NCBI GenBank assembly: GCA_016182085.1 | Contig: JACOYB010000004.1 | Span: 4,250 to 68,249 of the forward strand | Direction of reading: 5' to 3' | Source of the DNA: Candidatus Magasanikiibacteriota bacterium | GTDB taxonomy: Bacteria > Patescibacteriota > Patescibacteriia > Magasanikbacterales > GWA2-37-8 | Length of the DNA stretch: 64,000 nt | Shown: positions 9,526 through 19,456 of the stretch, piece by piece | How positions within the stretch are numbered: the stretch's first letter is position 1 | Layout of the letters: each line of letters begins with the position of its first letter | Program-made: the position numbers and the translations under genes | Notes under the pieces: generated by a model | Told to the model about the DNA's origin: nothing | The model's input: only the letters and a program-made list of their open reading frames with translations | Databases searched by the model: none

Positions 9526-10326
9526 GTGTTTTTAGATATTATTAAAGCAATTGTCTTGGGTTTGGTAGAGGGCATTACCGAGTTTTTGCCTATCTCTTCT
9601 ACCGGCCATCTTATTATATTAAACAATTGGTTGAGTTTTAGCCCGGATCTAACGGTAATGTTTGATATAGTGATTCAGTTCGGAGCTATTTTGGCGGTAG
9701 TGGTTGTGTTTTGGAAACGATTATGGCCGTTTGGCAAAGACCAGATTGAGAGGCTTGGGATTTTTAATCTTTGGCGCAAAACCATAGTGGGAGTATTACC
9801 GGCCATTGTTTTGGGCGCGGCGCTAGGCAGTATAATTGAAGAAAAACTATTTAATCCGTTGGTAGTGGCCGCGGCTTTGGTGGCGGGCGGTATTATTTTA
9901 ATTTTAGTGGAAAGAAGACAGGTTACCGCTAATATATTATCTGCCAAAGATATTTCTTATCGCACCGCTTTTTTAATCGGTCTATTTCAATCTTTGGCCA
10001 TGATTCCGGGCACTTCGCGGGCCGCGGCCACAATTATTGGCGCCATGCTTTTGGGGGCAACGCGAGTAGTGGCGGTAGAATTTTCTTTTTTCCTAGCTAT
10101 TCCTACCATGCTAGCCGCTTCGGCATACAGTTTACTCAAATATGATTTAGTAATTAGTGTAAATGATTTTATAATTTTAGGTATTGGTTTTGTCACAGCA
10201 TTTTTTACCGCCTTGGCAGTAATTAAATTTTTATTAAATTATATCCAAAATAATAATTTTAAGGTTTTTGGATATTATCGCATTGGGTTGGGTATTTTGG
10301 TGTTACTATTGTTTATAATATTATAA
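9526..10326 (+). CDS. uppP: Undecaprenyl-diphosphatase (BacA/UppP)
   Basis: Full-length match to UppP (GITEFLPISSTGHLII, conserved C-terminal PGTSRAAATIIG). GTG start assumed. Confidence 0.85.
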   Translation: MFLDIIKAIVLGLVEGITEFLPISSTGHLIILNNWLSFSPDLTVMFDIVIQFGAILAVVVVFWKRLWPFGKDQIERLGIFNLWRKTIVGVLPAIVLGAALGSIIEEKLFNPLVVAAALVAGGIILILVERRQVTANILSAKDISYRTAFLIGLFQSLAMIPGTSRAAATIIGAMLLGATRVVAVEFSFFLAIPTMLAASAYSLLKYDLVISVNDFIILGIGFVTAFFTALAVIKFLLNYIQNNNFKVFGYYRIGLGILVLLLFIIL

Positions 10327-10328
10327 TT

Positions 10329-11264
10329 ATGTCTAATTACGAAATACTTTTGTATTATAAATATACACACATCTCCGACCCGGATGAATTTTGTGATAAG
10401 CAAAAACTGCTTTGCGAAAAATTAGGATTAAAGGGCAGGATAATTATTACCGAAGAAGGCATAAATGGAACGGTAGAAGGCTTAAAAGAAAATACTCAAA
10501 AATATATTGATGAAACTGTTAAAGATTCTAGGTTTGCCGACATGAATTTTAAAAGAAGCGAAGGCACAGGCAATGCTTTTCCTAAACTATCGGTAAAATC
10601 ACGCACCGAAATTGTGAGCGCGCATTTGGGAGAAGATGATATTAACCCAAATGTTATCACGGGTAAATATTTGCCGGCCGAAGAATTACACAAATGGATT
10701 CATAGCGATAAAGAATTTTATATTGTGGACATGCGCAACGACTACGAACATTCAGTTGGATTTTTTAAGGATTCAATTTTGCCGCCGCTCAAACATTTCC
10801 GTGATTTGCCAAAAATTTTGCCAGGCCTGGCGCACTTAAAGGATAAAACAGTGGTGACAGTTTGTACTGGCGGCGTGCGCTGTGAAAAAGCTTCGGGATT
10901 TCTGGTAAAACACGGATTTAAAGATGTGTATCAATTGCACAATGGTATTGTGAGTTATATGGAAAAATACCCAAATGAAGATTTTTTGGGCAAGCTTTAT
11001 GTTTTTGACGGACGCGTAACGATGGCTTTTAATAACCCCGACAAACCGGCAGAAGTGGTAGGTAAGTGCAAAAAATGCGGAAGTTCAAGCGAAAATTTTG
11101 TAAATTGCATGCAGCCAAGCTGCCACGATCATTTTATCTGTTGTGAAAATTGTTTGAGCAGGAAAAAAGAGGCGTTCTGTAATTGGAAATGCGCTTTTGT
11201 TAAAAAATTACGGGATAATTTCTCAATTTTTAAACACAGTGTAAAACATAAAGTTAGCTTATAA
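10329..11264 (+). CDS. trhO: Rhodanese-domain tRNA uridine(34) hydroxylase (UPF0176/YceA/TrhO family) with Cys-rich C-terminal extension
   Basis: CTGGVRCEKASGFL rhodanese active-site loop and overall UPF0176 layout. Confidence 0.8.
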   Translation: MSNYEILLYYKYTHISDPDEFCDKQKLLCEKLGLKGRIIITEEGINGTVEGLKENTQKYIDETVKDSRFADMNFKRSEGTGNAFPKLSVKSRTEIVSAHLGEDDINPNVITGKYLPAEELHKWIHSDKEFYIVDMRNDYEHSVGFFKDSILPPLKHFRDLPKILPGLAHLKDKTVVTVCTGGVRCEKASGFLVKHGFKDVYQLHNGIVSYMEKYPNEDFLGKLYVFDGRVTMAFNNPDKPAEVVGKCKKCGSSSENFVNCMQPSCHDHFICCENCLSRKKEAFCNWKCAFVKKLRDNFSIFKHSVKHKVSL

Positions 11265-11276
11265 ATATAAGGCGTT

Positions 11277-11615
11277 ATGAAAATAGTTTCCGGAGTGGTG
11301 GTAGAAGGCCGTAAAAAAGGCAGAGAGCTGGGATTCCCCACAGCCAATATTATTTTGTTAGAAAAAATGGAAGGTGGAATTTATGCCGGTAAGACTATTA
11401 TTTCCGATAAAGAATACATTGGCGCGATTTTTGTTTATCCGGGCGGCGATTTATTTGAAGTGCATCTTTTGGATTTCGATGGAGATCTTTATGGACAGGC
11501 GTTGAAAGTAGAAGTGGGGGAAAAGATAAGAGATTCCAAACAATTTGATAATGCGGAAGATTTAAAAGCGCAGATAGCTGCAGATATTGCTCATATTAAA
11601 AATCTAAGTGTTTAA
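11277..11615 (+). CDS. Stand-alone riboflavin kinase (flavokinase domain)
   Basis: GRKKGRELGFPTANI motif typical of the RibF C-terminal kinase domain; 112 aa. Confidence 0.75.
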   Translation: MKIVSGVVVEGRKKGRELGFPTANIILLEKMEGGIYAGKTIISDKEYIGAIFVYPGGDLFEVHLLDFDGDLYGQALKVEVGEKIRDSKQFDNAEDLKAQIAADIAHIKNLSV

Positions 11616-11618
11616 ATT

Positions 11619-12203
11619 ATGTTTACCGGCATTATAAAGAAAACTTCGGTTGTAAAAGATATATACAAGAAAAACGAAAACTTGTTTGCTTCTATTTCCA
11701 AAGAAAAAGATTGGCCGGTAGAGTTGGGGCAGAGTATTGCTATAAACGGCGTATGTTCCACCGTAAAAAGCTTTGATAAAAATAGTTTTTTGGTGGAGTG
11801 GATGCCGGAAACGCTCAAAAAAACCAGTGTAAATAGTTTTAAAAAAGGCACGATGGTAAACTTGGAAACCAGTTTAAATTTAAGCACGATGCTGGATGGT
11901 CATATTGTGCAGGGTCACGTGGATACGGTAGGCAAGGTGGTGGAAATAAAACCAAAAAAAGATTCAAAGGTTATAAAAATAAAACTGCCGTCCCAATTTA
12001 TGAAGTTTATTGCCGACAAAGGTTCGGTGGCAGTGGACGGTGTAAGTTTAACCGTGGTAGATACGGGTAAAGATTGGTTTACGGTATCGCTTGTTAGTTA
12101 TACGATAGAAAATACTAACTTTAAAAACACCAAAAAAGGGGATTTGGTAAATATTGAAACTGATGTGCTAGCCAAATATCTGTATAAACTGATGAAGAAG
12201 TAA
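11619..12203 (+). CDS. ribE: Riboflavin synthase alpha subunit
   Basis: MFTGII N-terminus, two lumazine-binding repeats. Confidence 0.85.
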   Translation: MFTGIIKKTSVVKDIYKKNENLFASISKEKDWPVELGQSIAINGVCSTVKSFDKNSFLVEWMPETLKKTSVNSFKKGTMVNLETSLNLSTMLDGHIVQGHVDTVGKVVEIKPKKDSKVIKIKLPSQFMKFIADKGSVAVDGVSLTVVDTGKDWFTVSLVSYTIENTNFKNTKKGDLVNIETDVLAKYLYKLMKK

Positions 12204-12207
12204 TTTT

Positions 12208-13530
12208 TTATGATTCTAAATCTTCTATATCTTCTCTATATTTATCAGCTTGCGCCATCACATTATCTCCGTAGAAGCGGTAACGAAGATTGGTACCGCC
12301 GGAGAAGTAGCGCATGGCAGCTTTCCATTCGCCGTCACGAGTGCCATCGGCGCCGTTATTTTTGAGCAGTAGTGCCGCGGCCATAAATGCGTCTCGTATA
12401 TCCCACGGGTCAGCCGGACTTTTGCCGGTTATTGCGCTGACTTTGTCTTTGTATCCCATCCAAGTAGAAGGAATAAATTGGGCTGGACCCATAGCGCCTC
12501 CCCAGCCAAGCTGGGAGCCATCCTTATTTTTCATTGGGCAAGAAACCGGAGTAACATCCGGATCACGTCCTAGTTCCTCCGTAATTTTTACAAATGGTTC
12601 TTGGTCACGCGTTGGTTTCATAATAACACGCCAGCCTTTTTCGGGCGGGTCGCCGGGGCGATTGCAGGTGCCAACATTTTTACCCAGATTTGATTCTTGG
12701 GTAAGAATGGCAAGGAGAAAAGCCGCGGATACGCCAGTTTGTCTGTCAGTGGCCTGGGCAATTTCTACCGCTTGTCCGAAAGTGATCTGCTTGCCAACGC
12801 CCAAGAGTTCATAGATACGGCTTCGGATTTCAGCGGCATGTTTTTTACTATCTTGCAAAAGGTTTTGATAAGTAAGTTCCAGTCCCTTGGTTTGTTCGAG
12901 TAGTTGATTTTGTTCCTGTAGTTTTCCGCCCAAAGCGCCCTGCTGAATCCTGGCTACATTTAACAACTTCTCGGCATCGTCTTGCTGATCCTCATAGGCA
13001 ATTTGTTGCTGGTTTAATTGTTTTTGTATTCCTTTTGCTTCCCGTACCAAATCGTTTATGGAAGCGGACAGCCGCTCATAATTTGTTGCTTCCACGAATG
13101 CTTCGCTTAGTCCGTCTTCAACCAAAATATTAAGCAAGAACATTTGTTCGTCTTTTTGTTGGAGCGTACGAAGCATTTTTGCTAGTTCTATACGCAGACC
13201 AGCGATTTTTGATTTATTGGCATCTATGGCTTTGGAAGTTTTTACTAATTTTTGTTCTAAATCTTCAATTTTTACGTTGGTAGCTTTAATTTCCAGGCGC
13301 AGCCTAGCCTCTTCGTTTCTAAGCTGTTTGATTTTATTGGCCAAAGTATTTTTCTCGCCTTTGGTAACGCTGATTTGCTTTTCTAATTCCTTAATTTGAG
13401 ATTCAATTGCCTGCAACTCATTTTCCAGCTGCTCTCGGTTGCTATCTGGGGCGGCTATGCTAATATTAGCCAAAAACAAACTAATCACTGCGAGTAGTAG
13501 TATGGATTTTTTTAACAATGCGTATTTCAT
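12208..13530 (-). CDS. Secreted protein: N-terminal signal/TM, long coiled coil, C-terminal lytic-transglycosylase (SLT)-like domain
   Basis: Heptad-rich 30-230 region; C-terminal ..AILTQESNLG.. catalytic-Glu motif of the SLT/goose-lysozyme-like fold. Confidence 0.6.
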   Translation of the reverse strand: MKYALLKKSILLLAVISLFLANISIAAPDSNREQLENELQAIESQIKELEKQISVTKGEKNTLANKIKQLRNEEARLRLEIKATNVKIEDLEQKLVKTSKAIDANKSKIAGLRIELAKMLRTLQQKDEQMFLLNILVEDGLSEAFVEATNYERLSASINDLVREAKGIQKQLNQQQIAYEDQQDDAEKLLNVARIQQGALGGKLQEQNQLLEQTKGLELTYQNLLQDSKKHAAEIRSRIYELLGVGKQITFGQAVEIAQATDRQTGVSAAFLLAILTQESNLGKNVGTCNRPGDPPEKGWRVIMKPTRDQEPFVKITEELGRDPDVTPVSCPMKNKDGSQLGWGGAMGPAQFIPSTWMGYKDKVSAITGKSPADPWDIRDAFMAAALLLKNNGADGTRDGEWKAAMRYFSGGTNLRYRFYGDNVMAQADKYREDIEDLES

Positions 13531-13692
13531 GAAGTTTTCATTAAAATCAGGCTATTGTAGAGTATCAATTTTTACTATTCTTTTCAAGAAAAATATTGGC
13601 TATCATTCTAATTTTGAAGCGCCAAGCGTAATTATCCACAGCTAATTCTACATAAGGCTTGTTTTTTGTTATAATTGCTAAAGTTAAGATAA

Positions 13693-13714
13693 TTATGAAA
13701 ATACATTTTCATAA
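13693..13714. promoter_or_regulatory. Perfect palindrome TTATGAAAAT-ac-ATTTTCATAA in divergent promoter region
   Basis: 10-bp arms; lies between divergently transcribed 13530(-) and 13743(+) genes. Confidence 0.35.
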
Positions 13715-13742
13715 CTTAATTTATTAATTTATTTTTAAGCTT

Positions 13743-16373
13743 ATGTTCAAGCTTAAGGAAGTTCTCAGGTGGGGCGTATTGTCCCTGGTTTTTAGTTTGC
13801 TCATTGTATTTTCAGCGCGAGCGCAGACCGCAACGGATACTAGTTCTGGTTCTACCCAAACTGCTGATCAGCAGTGTGTAAGCGGTGGTGGAAAATTGTG
13901 TAACAGCTCATCCGGTTCAAGCTGGTGTTCATATTCCACCAGTCCTTGCCCGGCTTATGATTCGGCCAGTTGCGCGGCGCAAAGCGGAGAATGGTGCGCT
14001 TATTCTGGCGGTACCGGCGGTTATTGCAACAGCACTCCGGGAAATTGTCCAATAAATGATGAAGCGACTTGTACGGCAAAGAGCAGGCCTTGGTGCAAAT
14101 ATTCTTCCGGCTCCGGCTCTACGGCTAGTACTTATGGAGGGTGGTGTGGCGAGGTGGGGTATAAATGCCCGGCCTATGACCAGCCGTCTTGTACCGCTCA
14201 AGGCAGTGAATGGTGCACATCTTCGTATGGCTCAGGATGGTGCAGTACTGTTCCGGGAAGTTGTCCTATAAACGATAAGGCCACGTGTGAATCAAAAAGC
14301 CGTACTTGGTGTATAGATAGCAGCAGTTATAGCACTAGTGGCGGTTGGTGCGCCTCTACTGGCAGCAGCTGTCCGAGTACTTCCACAAGCACAACTCCTA
14401 CTCCTAGCCCTACCCCCGTTTATTCTTCTTGGCCAAGCACGGAAAGCGATTGTACTAAGTATAAAGGCGTATGGTGTGTAAGTACTTATACCGGTGGTTA
14501 TAGCATGATGTCCGGTTCTTGTATGATGGCTGGGCAAACTTGTCCTTCGGCCACTCCGGCTGGGAAAATGAGTTGTTGGGATGGAACTTACGTTGATACA
14601 TATTCCAGTTGTCCGACTACTCCCAGCGGAAAGAGCGACTGTGAAACAAAAGGATATAAATGGTGCGATTCAACTGCTGTCTCTAGCTATACTACATATA
14701 GTTCCGGCTGGTGTACGGGAAAAACTTATAATTGTCCTACTTATCCGCCGGCAGGAAAAATGTCTTGCCCGGATGGGGTTACTTTTGCCACTACTCTAAC
14801 CGAGTGTCCTAAGGCTGATGCTGGAGTAACAAGCCCCATCTCACCAACGCTAAAAACTTGCCCGGACGGATCCGTTATAGATAAATCATGGGTATGCCCG
14901 GTTGTTTTTTTGACTTGTTCAGACGGCGTAACCAAAGTTAGGAGCTTGACCGATTGTCCGATAAAAACCGAAGACAGTATTTCTACGTGTCTTAACAAGA
15001 AAGGCGTTTGGTGTTTGGACAAAGCGGGAGGGAACGGTTATTGCGCGTTACAGGGTGGATGTAAGACGGCTTTGCCAGATGAAAAAGAACCGGTTGTAGA
15101 AAAAGAAGCGCTGGATGCGAAGCAAATCAAGCTAGTAGAAACCATGAAGAAAGATTATGCGCGAAATTTGGATACCCTGGAAAAAACATTTAAACGCCTG
15201 GGAGATACGGAATCACTCGCAAAAATCACGGTTCTTAAGGAAAAATTATCTTCATTGCCAGCGGATACATCGGTTTTTGATGCCTTAGAAGCTACGAAAG
15301 ACGATATAATGACCCTGCGTGAAGTAAAGGATGATTTAATTGAGAAAAAAGGCGAGATTGAAATGTCAGAAAGAGATGTAGAGATGCAAGCAAAAGCCTT
15401 AAAACAGATGAAGAAGAACATGCTTATATTTGAAAAACAGCTTAACAAAATGAGCACCAAAGCCGCTCAACTGAAAAAGCAAGGATTTTCTTTGCCAAGC
15501 ACGCTAGATGATCTTTTAACGCAAGGAAAAGAATTAATTAAAAAAATAAAAGCCAGTACGAATTTTGAGGAAGCGCGAGATGCGGGAGAATCGCTGGCCG
15601 AATTGAGTGAAGATTTAAATTTGTGGGCTACAAACTTGGATCAATTGGCAAAAATCAGTTCGCTGCTTAGAAATATAAATGCCCAAATTACGAGAAGAGA
15701 GACGGCGCTTAAGAGTGTGCGGACAGTAGCTGCCAGATTAAAAGTTGATTTGCAGGCAAATTTAGACGAGGTCAGCGCGACACTTGCATCGGTTAGAGAA
15801 GCGTATGGACAGTTAAAAACAAAGGAATGGAACCAAGACGAACCGTTTGAATTTGTTCAGTCAGCCATCATTGATAAACTTGAGGATATGGACAATGATA
15901 TGGCTAATATCCGAGCGCTTGCCAACCTTAAAGCTTCGGTAAATAAAATCGGAGCGCAAATTAATAATTTTAATGTCAGAATTGCCCGTTTGGCAAAACA
16001 AAAGAAAGATGTGGTGGAGTTGCAAGGCTTGGTTGAGCAGCTAAAAGAAACACATGGCGAGCTAAAAGCTTTGTCCGGAGAAAAGTTAGCTAATTTGGAT
16101 GTGGAGAGTGTTATAGAAAAATTAGGCGCGGCCAGCGCGCTGATGGAAGAAATTATGGATTTGTTAAAAATTAACGCTCCCTCTCTTCTGGAGAAACAAT
16201 TAAAACAGAATTTTAAAGTTGAAAAAATAGATGTTCCGGAAGTTGAAAAACAGGTAATCCGCGCTTATAGAGTAGCCACATTTTTCCGCCGAGCTCCCGA
16301 GCAGATGGCGCAATACGCCACCGGCGTTAAGGAGGCAATAAATAGATGGAGAAATCGTTTGGCGATTGATTAG
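13743..16373 (+). CDS. Secreted protein with ~8 tandem Cys-rich modules (C-x4-5-WC-x6-14-G[WY]C-x4-7-CP) followed by ~450-aa coiled-coil region
   Basis: Signal peptide; repeats such as CAAQSGEWCAYSGGTGGYCNSTPGNCPINDEAT / CTAQGSEWCTSSYGSGWCSTVPGSCPINDKAT; C-terminal half heptad-rich; no known family. Confidence 0.6.
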   Translation: MFKLKEVLRWGVLSLVFSLLIVFSARAQTATDTSSGSTQTADQQCVSGGGKLCNSSSGSSWCSYSTSPCPAYDSASCAAQSGEWCAYSGGTGGYCNSTPGNCPINDEATCTAKSRPWCKYSSGSGSTASTYGGWCGEVGYKCPAYDQPSCTAQGSEWCTSSYGSGWCSTVPGSCPINDKATCESKSRTWCIDSSSYSTSGGWCASTGSSCPSTSTSTTPTPSPTPVYSSWPSTESDCTKYKGVWCVSTYTGGYSMMSGSCMMAGQTCPSATPAGKMSCWDGTYVDTYSSCPTTPSGKSDCETKGYKWCDSTAVSSYTTYSSGWCTGKTYNCPTYPPAGKMSCPDGVTFATTLTECPKADAGVTSPISPTLKTCPDGSVIDKSWVCPVVFLTCSDGVTKVRSLTDCPIKTEDSISTCLNKKGVWCLDKAGGNGYCALQGGCKTALPDEKEPVVEKEALDAKQIKLVETMKKDYARNLDTLEKTFKRLGDTESLAKITVLKEKLSSLPADTSVFDALEATKDDIMTLREVKDDLIEKKGEIEMSERDVEMQAKALKQMKKNMLIFEKQLNKMSTKAAQLKKQGFSLPSTLDDLLTQGKELIKKIKASTNFEEARDAGESLAELSEDLNLWATNLDQLAKISSLLRNINAQITRRETALKSVRTVAARLKVDLQANLDEVSATLASVREAYGQLKTKEWNQDEPFEFVQSAIIDKLEDMDNDMANIRALANLKASVNKIGAQINNFNVRIARLAKQKKDVVELQGLVEQLKETHGELKALSGEKLANLDVESVIEKLGAASALMEEIMDLLKINAPSLLEKQLKQNFKVEKIDVPEVEKQVIRAYRVATFFRRAPEQMAQYATGVKEAINRWRNRLAID

Positions 16374-16393
16374 TAAAGAGTAAAATGATAAAA

Positions 16394-16421
16394 AATCCCT
16401 CGTAATTGCGAGGGATTTTTT
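16394..16421 (+). terminator. Rho-independent terminator
   Basis: aatccctcg-taattg-cgagggatt + TTTTT. Confidence 0.7.
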
Positions 16422-16499
16422 AATGGACAAGGAAGTCTAATTTTGTTAGAGTATTACTGCTTAATTACACTTTAAGCGGGCGGAATTTAAGCGCTAAAT

Positions 16500-17765
16500 A
16501 TGTGGATGTTGGCAGCGGTTTATTTTTTACTTTTTGTATGTTTGGCTTGGAAGAATTTCCGCTCAGCCGTATTTTTATTTATCCTCCTTCTGCCGTCCTA
16601 TCTTATTCGTTTTGAGGTTTTTTATTTTAGAAAAATAGTTTTTCCATCCACAGTTTTAGAGTTATCTTTTGGAGCTTTATTTTTGGTTTGGCTCATTAAA
16701 TATAGCCGAGAAGACATTAAAAAAATTATAACCGCATCCAAAAAGCACGTATGGTTTTTTATCGTTTTTGATTTATTTTTTCTCTCTTCGGTAATAAGTA
16801 TTTTTGTCAGTGATATGCCCATTCCATCGCTGGGGGAGTGGCGGGCTTATTTTTTGGAACCAATGATTTTTTTCTTGATTTTGGTGGGCAGACAGATTAG
16901 TATTTATAACTTAAACTCCGCTTTAGCGATCTCTACTTTAAGCATCAGTCTTTATGCCGTCGCGCAAAAATTTACGGGCTGGGGGATTGCTACGCCAGAG
17001 TGGGTGGCCGAATCTACACGGCGGGTGACGGCCTTTTATTCTTCGCCCAACGCGGTGGGATTATATTTGGCGCCGGTAGCGATGATTTTGTTATTTATTA
17101 TTTATAAGATGCGGGGGAATAGAAATCGCAATTTTTGGTTGGCCAGCATGATTTGTTTATTGTCGCTGGCCGCGCTTATTTTTACCAAATCCCAGGGCGC
17201 ATGGATTGGGTTAGGAGCAGGGTTGTTAGTATTTTTATTTTTTATAGGGTATAAAAAAATAGTTGCTGGCTTGGCGATTGCGGGGGTAATTTTTTCTTTG
17301 GCTGCGCCCTCAATGCGACAAGCAGTTTTATTCCAAGATCAAGCCAATCAAAACCGCCTGCGGCTTTGGGGTTATTCGTGGACATTTTTAAAACAGTCGC
17401 CAAATAATTTTGTCTTGGGTACGGGTGTGCGCCAATTCTTTAGAAAAGTACAAAAACCATATTATGATAAAATGATTATGGAAAGATTGATTTATCCTCA
17501 TAATATATTTCTTAATTTTTGGACGGAGATCGGATTATTGGGCATGCTGGCGGCGGTTATAATATTGGGATATGCTTTTTATTTATCTAATAAAATTAGA
17601 CAGGCTGACAAAATAATGGGCGCGGGGCTGATGGCGGCGCTAACGGTTTTGGTAGTGCATGGGCTGGTAGATGTGCCTTATTTTAAAAACGATTTAGCCT
17701 TTTTATTTTGGATTTTAATCGCCAGTGTATTTATAATCGAAATGAGCGAGAGAAATAGCCAGTGA
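16500..17765 (+). CDS. O-antigen ligase/polymerase (Wzy_C) family membrane protein
   Basis: ~10 TM helices with a central ..KSQGAWIGLGAGLL.. loop typical of O-antigen ligase domain. Confidence 0.6.
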   Translation: MWMLAAVYFLLFVCLAWKNFRSAVFLFILLLPSYLIRFEVFYFRKIVFPSTVLELSFGALFLVWLIKYSREDIKKIITASKKHVWFFIVFDLFFLSSVISIFVSDMPIPSLGEWRAYFLEPMIFFLILVGRQISIYNLNSALAISTLSISLYAVAQKFTGWGIATPEWVAESTRRVTAFYSSPNAVGLYLAPVAMILLFIIYKMRGNRNRNFWLASMICLLSLAALIFTKSQGAWIGLGAGLLVFLFFIGYKKIVAGLAIAGVIFSLAAPSMRQAVLFQDQANQNRLRLWGYSWTFLKQSPNNFVLGTGVRQFFRKVQKPYYDKMIMERLIYPHNIFLNFWTEIGLLGMLAAVIILGYAFYLSNKIRQADKIMGAGLMAALTVLVVHGLVDVPYFKNDLAFLFWILIASVFIIEMSERNSQ

Positions 17766-17859
17766 GATATTTATAACCGCTTGCGAGTTATAAATATTGA
17801 GCCTGGATATTTCCGAGCGAATGAGTTTATATGGTTTACCTATATTGTTAAAATGGACT

Positions 17860-18078
17860 ATGAAAATATTTATCAAAGCCAAGCCGAGCGCGTATGAGGA
17901 AAAAGTAGAAAAGATTGATGAAACGCATTTTGTCGTGGCGGTAAAAGAGCCGCCGCAAAATGGGTTGGCCAATAAAGGTATATGCAGAGCTTTGGCAAAA
18001 TATTTTGGAGTATCGCAATCAATGGTGGTAGTAAAAAAAGGATTTACCAGTAAGAATAAAGTTGTTGAAATAATTTAA
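17860..18078 (+). CDS. DUF167 (YggU/UPF0235) family protein
   Basis: ..VAVKEPPQNGLANKGICRALAKYFGV...VVKKGFTSKNK matches the DUF167 signature; start at internal ATG 17860. Confidence 0.55.
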   Translation: MKIFIKAKPSAYEEKVEKIDETHFVVAVKEPPQNGLANKGICRALAKYFGVSQSMVVVKKGFTSKNKVVEII

Positions 18079-18082
18079 CGGC

Positions 18083-18227
18083 TGTCATTCTGAGTGAAGC
18101 GAATAATCCCTGTCTGTCATTCCCGCCAAAGCGGGAATCCAGTCGAATCAACAATTGTCTGGATTCCCATTGCGATGGGAATGACAATTAAACCGACAGA
18201 GATCCTTCACTCCGTTCAGGATGACAA
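18083..18227. repeat. Full copy of nested palindromic intergenic repeat (outer IR GTCATTCTGAGTGAAG / CTTCACTCCGTTCAGGATGAC; inner hairpins GTCATTCCCGC-caaa-GCGGGAATCCAG and CTGGATTCCC-attgcgat-GGGAATGACA)
   Basis: Seen directly; related copies at 8701, 27618-27832, 31961-32042. Confidence 0.85.
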
Positions 18228-18253
18228 TTAATTTTTAAATTAAGTATCATTCT

Positions 18254-19393
18254 ATGGACAAAGTATATATAGATTCGCTTAAACTCCACAAAAAATTCCA
18301 CGGAAAATTGGAATTAAAAAGTAAGGTAGCAATAAAGAATAAAAAAGACCTATCTTTGGCCTATACGCCCGGCGTGGCCGAGGTATGCCGAGTAATTGGC
18401 AAAGATAAAAGCTTAGCCCGTGAATATACTATAAAGAAAAATACCGTGGCGGTTATCTCTGATGGTTCAGCCATTTTAGGCCTGGGAAACCTTGGGCCAG
18501 AGGCCGCCATTCCGGTCATGGAAGGCAAGGCCGTGTTATTTAAAGAATTTGGGGGTGTGGATGCCTTTCCAATCTGTTTGGATACTCAAGATACGGAAGA
18601 AATTATTAAAACCGTAAAATATTTGGCGCCGGTTTTTGGCGGGATAAATTTGGAAGATATTTCTGCTCCTCGCTGCTTTGAAATAGAAGAAAGACTAAAA
18701 AAAGAATTATCTATTCCGGTCATGCACGATGACCAGCATGGCACAGCCGTGGTAGTGCTAGCCGCCATGATAAACGCTTTAAAGGTAAAAAAATTGGATA
18801 AAAACAAGGCCAAATTGGTAATTAGCGGTGCCGGCGCGGCCGGCACAGCGGTGGCCAAAATTTTGATGAATTACGGATTTAAAAATGTGGCTGTTTGCGA
18901 CAGTAAAGGCTTGATCTATAAAGAAAGAGGCGATTTAAATAGTGCCAAGGCAGAATTGGCTGGCTTAACAAACCAGAATGCTTTGCCGGATAGCAGTTTA
19001 AAGGGAGTTTTAAAAAATGCAGATGTGTTTATTGGAGTAAGCGGGCCAAATATCATCACTCGCGCCGAAGTAAAAAGTATGAACGCAAAGCCGATTATTT
19101 TGGTACTGGCCAATCCGATCCCTGAAATTATGCCGGATGAGGCAAAAGCTGGCGGCGCGTATATTGTGGGTACGGGCAGGTCGGATTTCCCTAATCAGAT
19201 AAATAATGTTTTGGCCTTTCCCGGAATTTTTAGAGGCGCGCTGGACAATAAAGTTACACAGATTACGGAAAAAATGCTGGTTAAAGCCGCGGAAAATTTG
19301 GCCAAGTATGTAAAAAAACCAAATGTAGAAAATATTTTACCAAAACCATTTGATAAGGGTGTGGCCAAAGCGGTAGCTAGAGCTATAAAATAA
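18254..19393 (+). CDS. NAD(P)-dependent malic enzyme (short form)
   Basis: ..AYTPGVAEVC.., GAGAAG Rossmann motif, overall malic-enzyme layout. Confidence 0.85.
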   Translation: MDKVYIDSLKLHKKFHGKLELKSKVAIKNKKDLSLAYTPGVAEVCRVIGKDKSLAREYTIKKNTVAVISDGSAILGLGNLGPEAAIPVMEGKAVLFKEFGGVDAFPICLDTQDTEEIIKTVKYLAPVFGGINLEDISAPRCFEIEERLKKELSIPVMHDDQHGTAVVVLAAMINALKVKKLDKNKAKLVISGAGAAGTAVAKILMNYGFKNVAVCDSKGLIYKERGDLNSAKAELAGLTNQNALPDSSLKGVLKNADVFIGVSGPNIITRAEVKSMNAKPIILVLANPIPEIMPDEAKAGGAYIVGTGRSDFPNQINNVLAFPGIFRGALDNKVTQITEKMLVKAAENLAKYVKKPNVENILPKPFDKGVAKAVARAIK

Positions 19394-19406
19394 TTTAAAA
19401 AACAAA

Positions 19407-19440
19407 AATCCGAGCTGTATCGCGCTCGGATTTTTATTTT
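19407..19440. terminator. Bidirectional rho-independent terminator between convergent malic enzyme and VKOR genes
   Basis: aatccgagc-tgtatcgc-gctcggatt with A-run upstream and T-run downstream. Confidence 0.75.
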
Positions 19441-19456
19441 GAACAATCCGCGATTG

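Noticed and set aside
11200-11280. FMN riboswitch upstream of riboflavin genes
   Set aside because: Intergenic space before the riboflavin kinase gene is only ~12 nt; no RFN-like conserved motifs seen.
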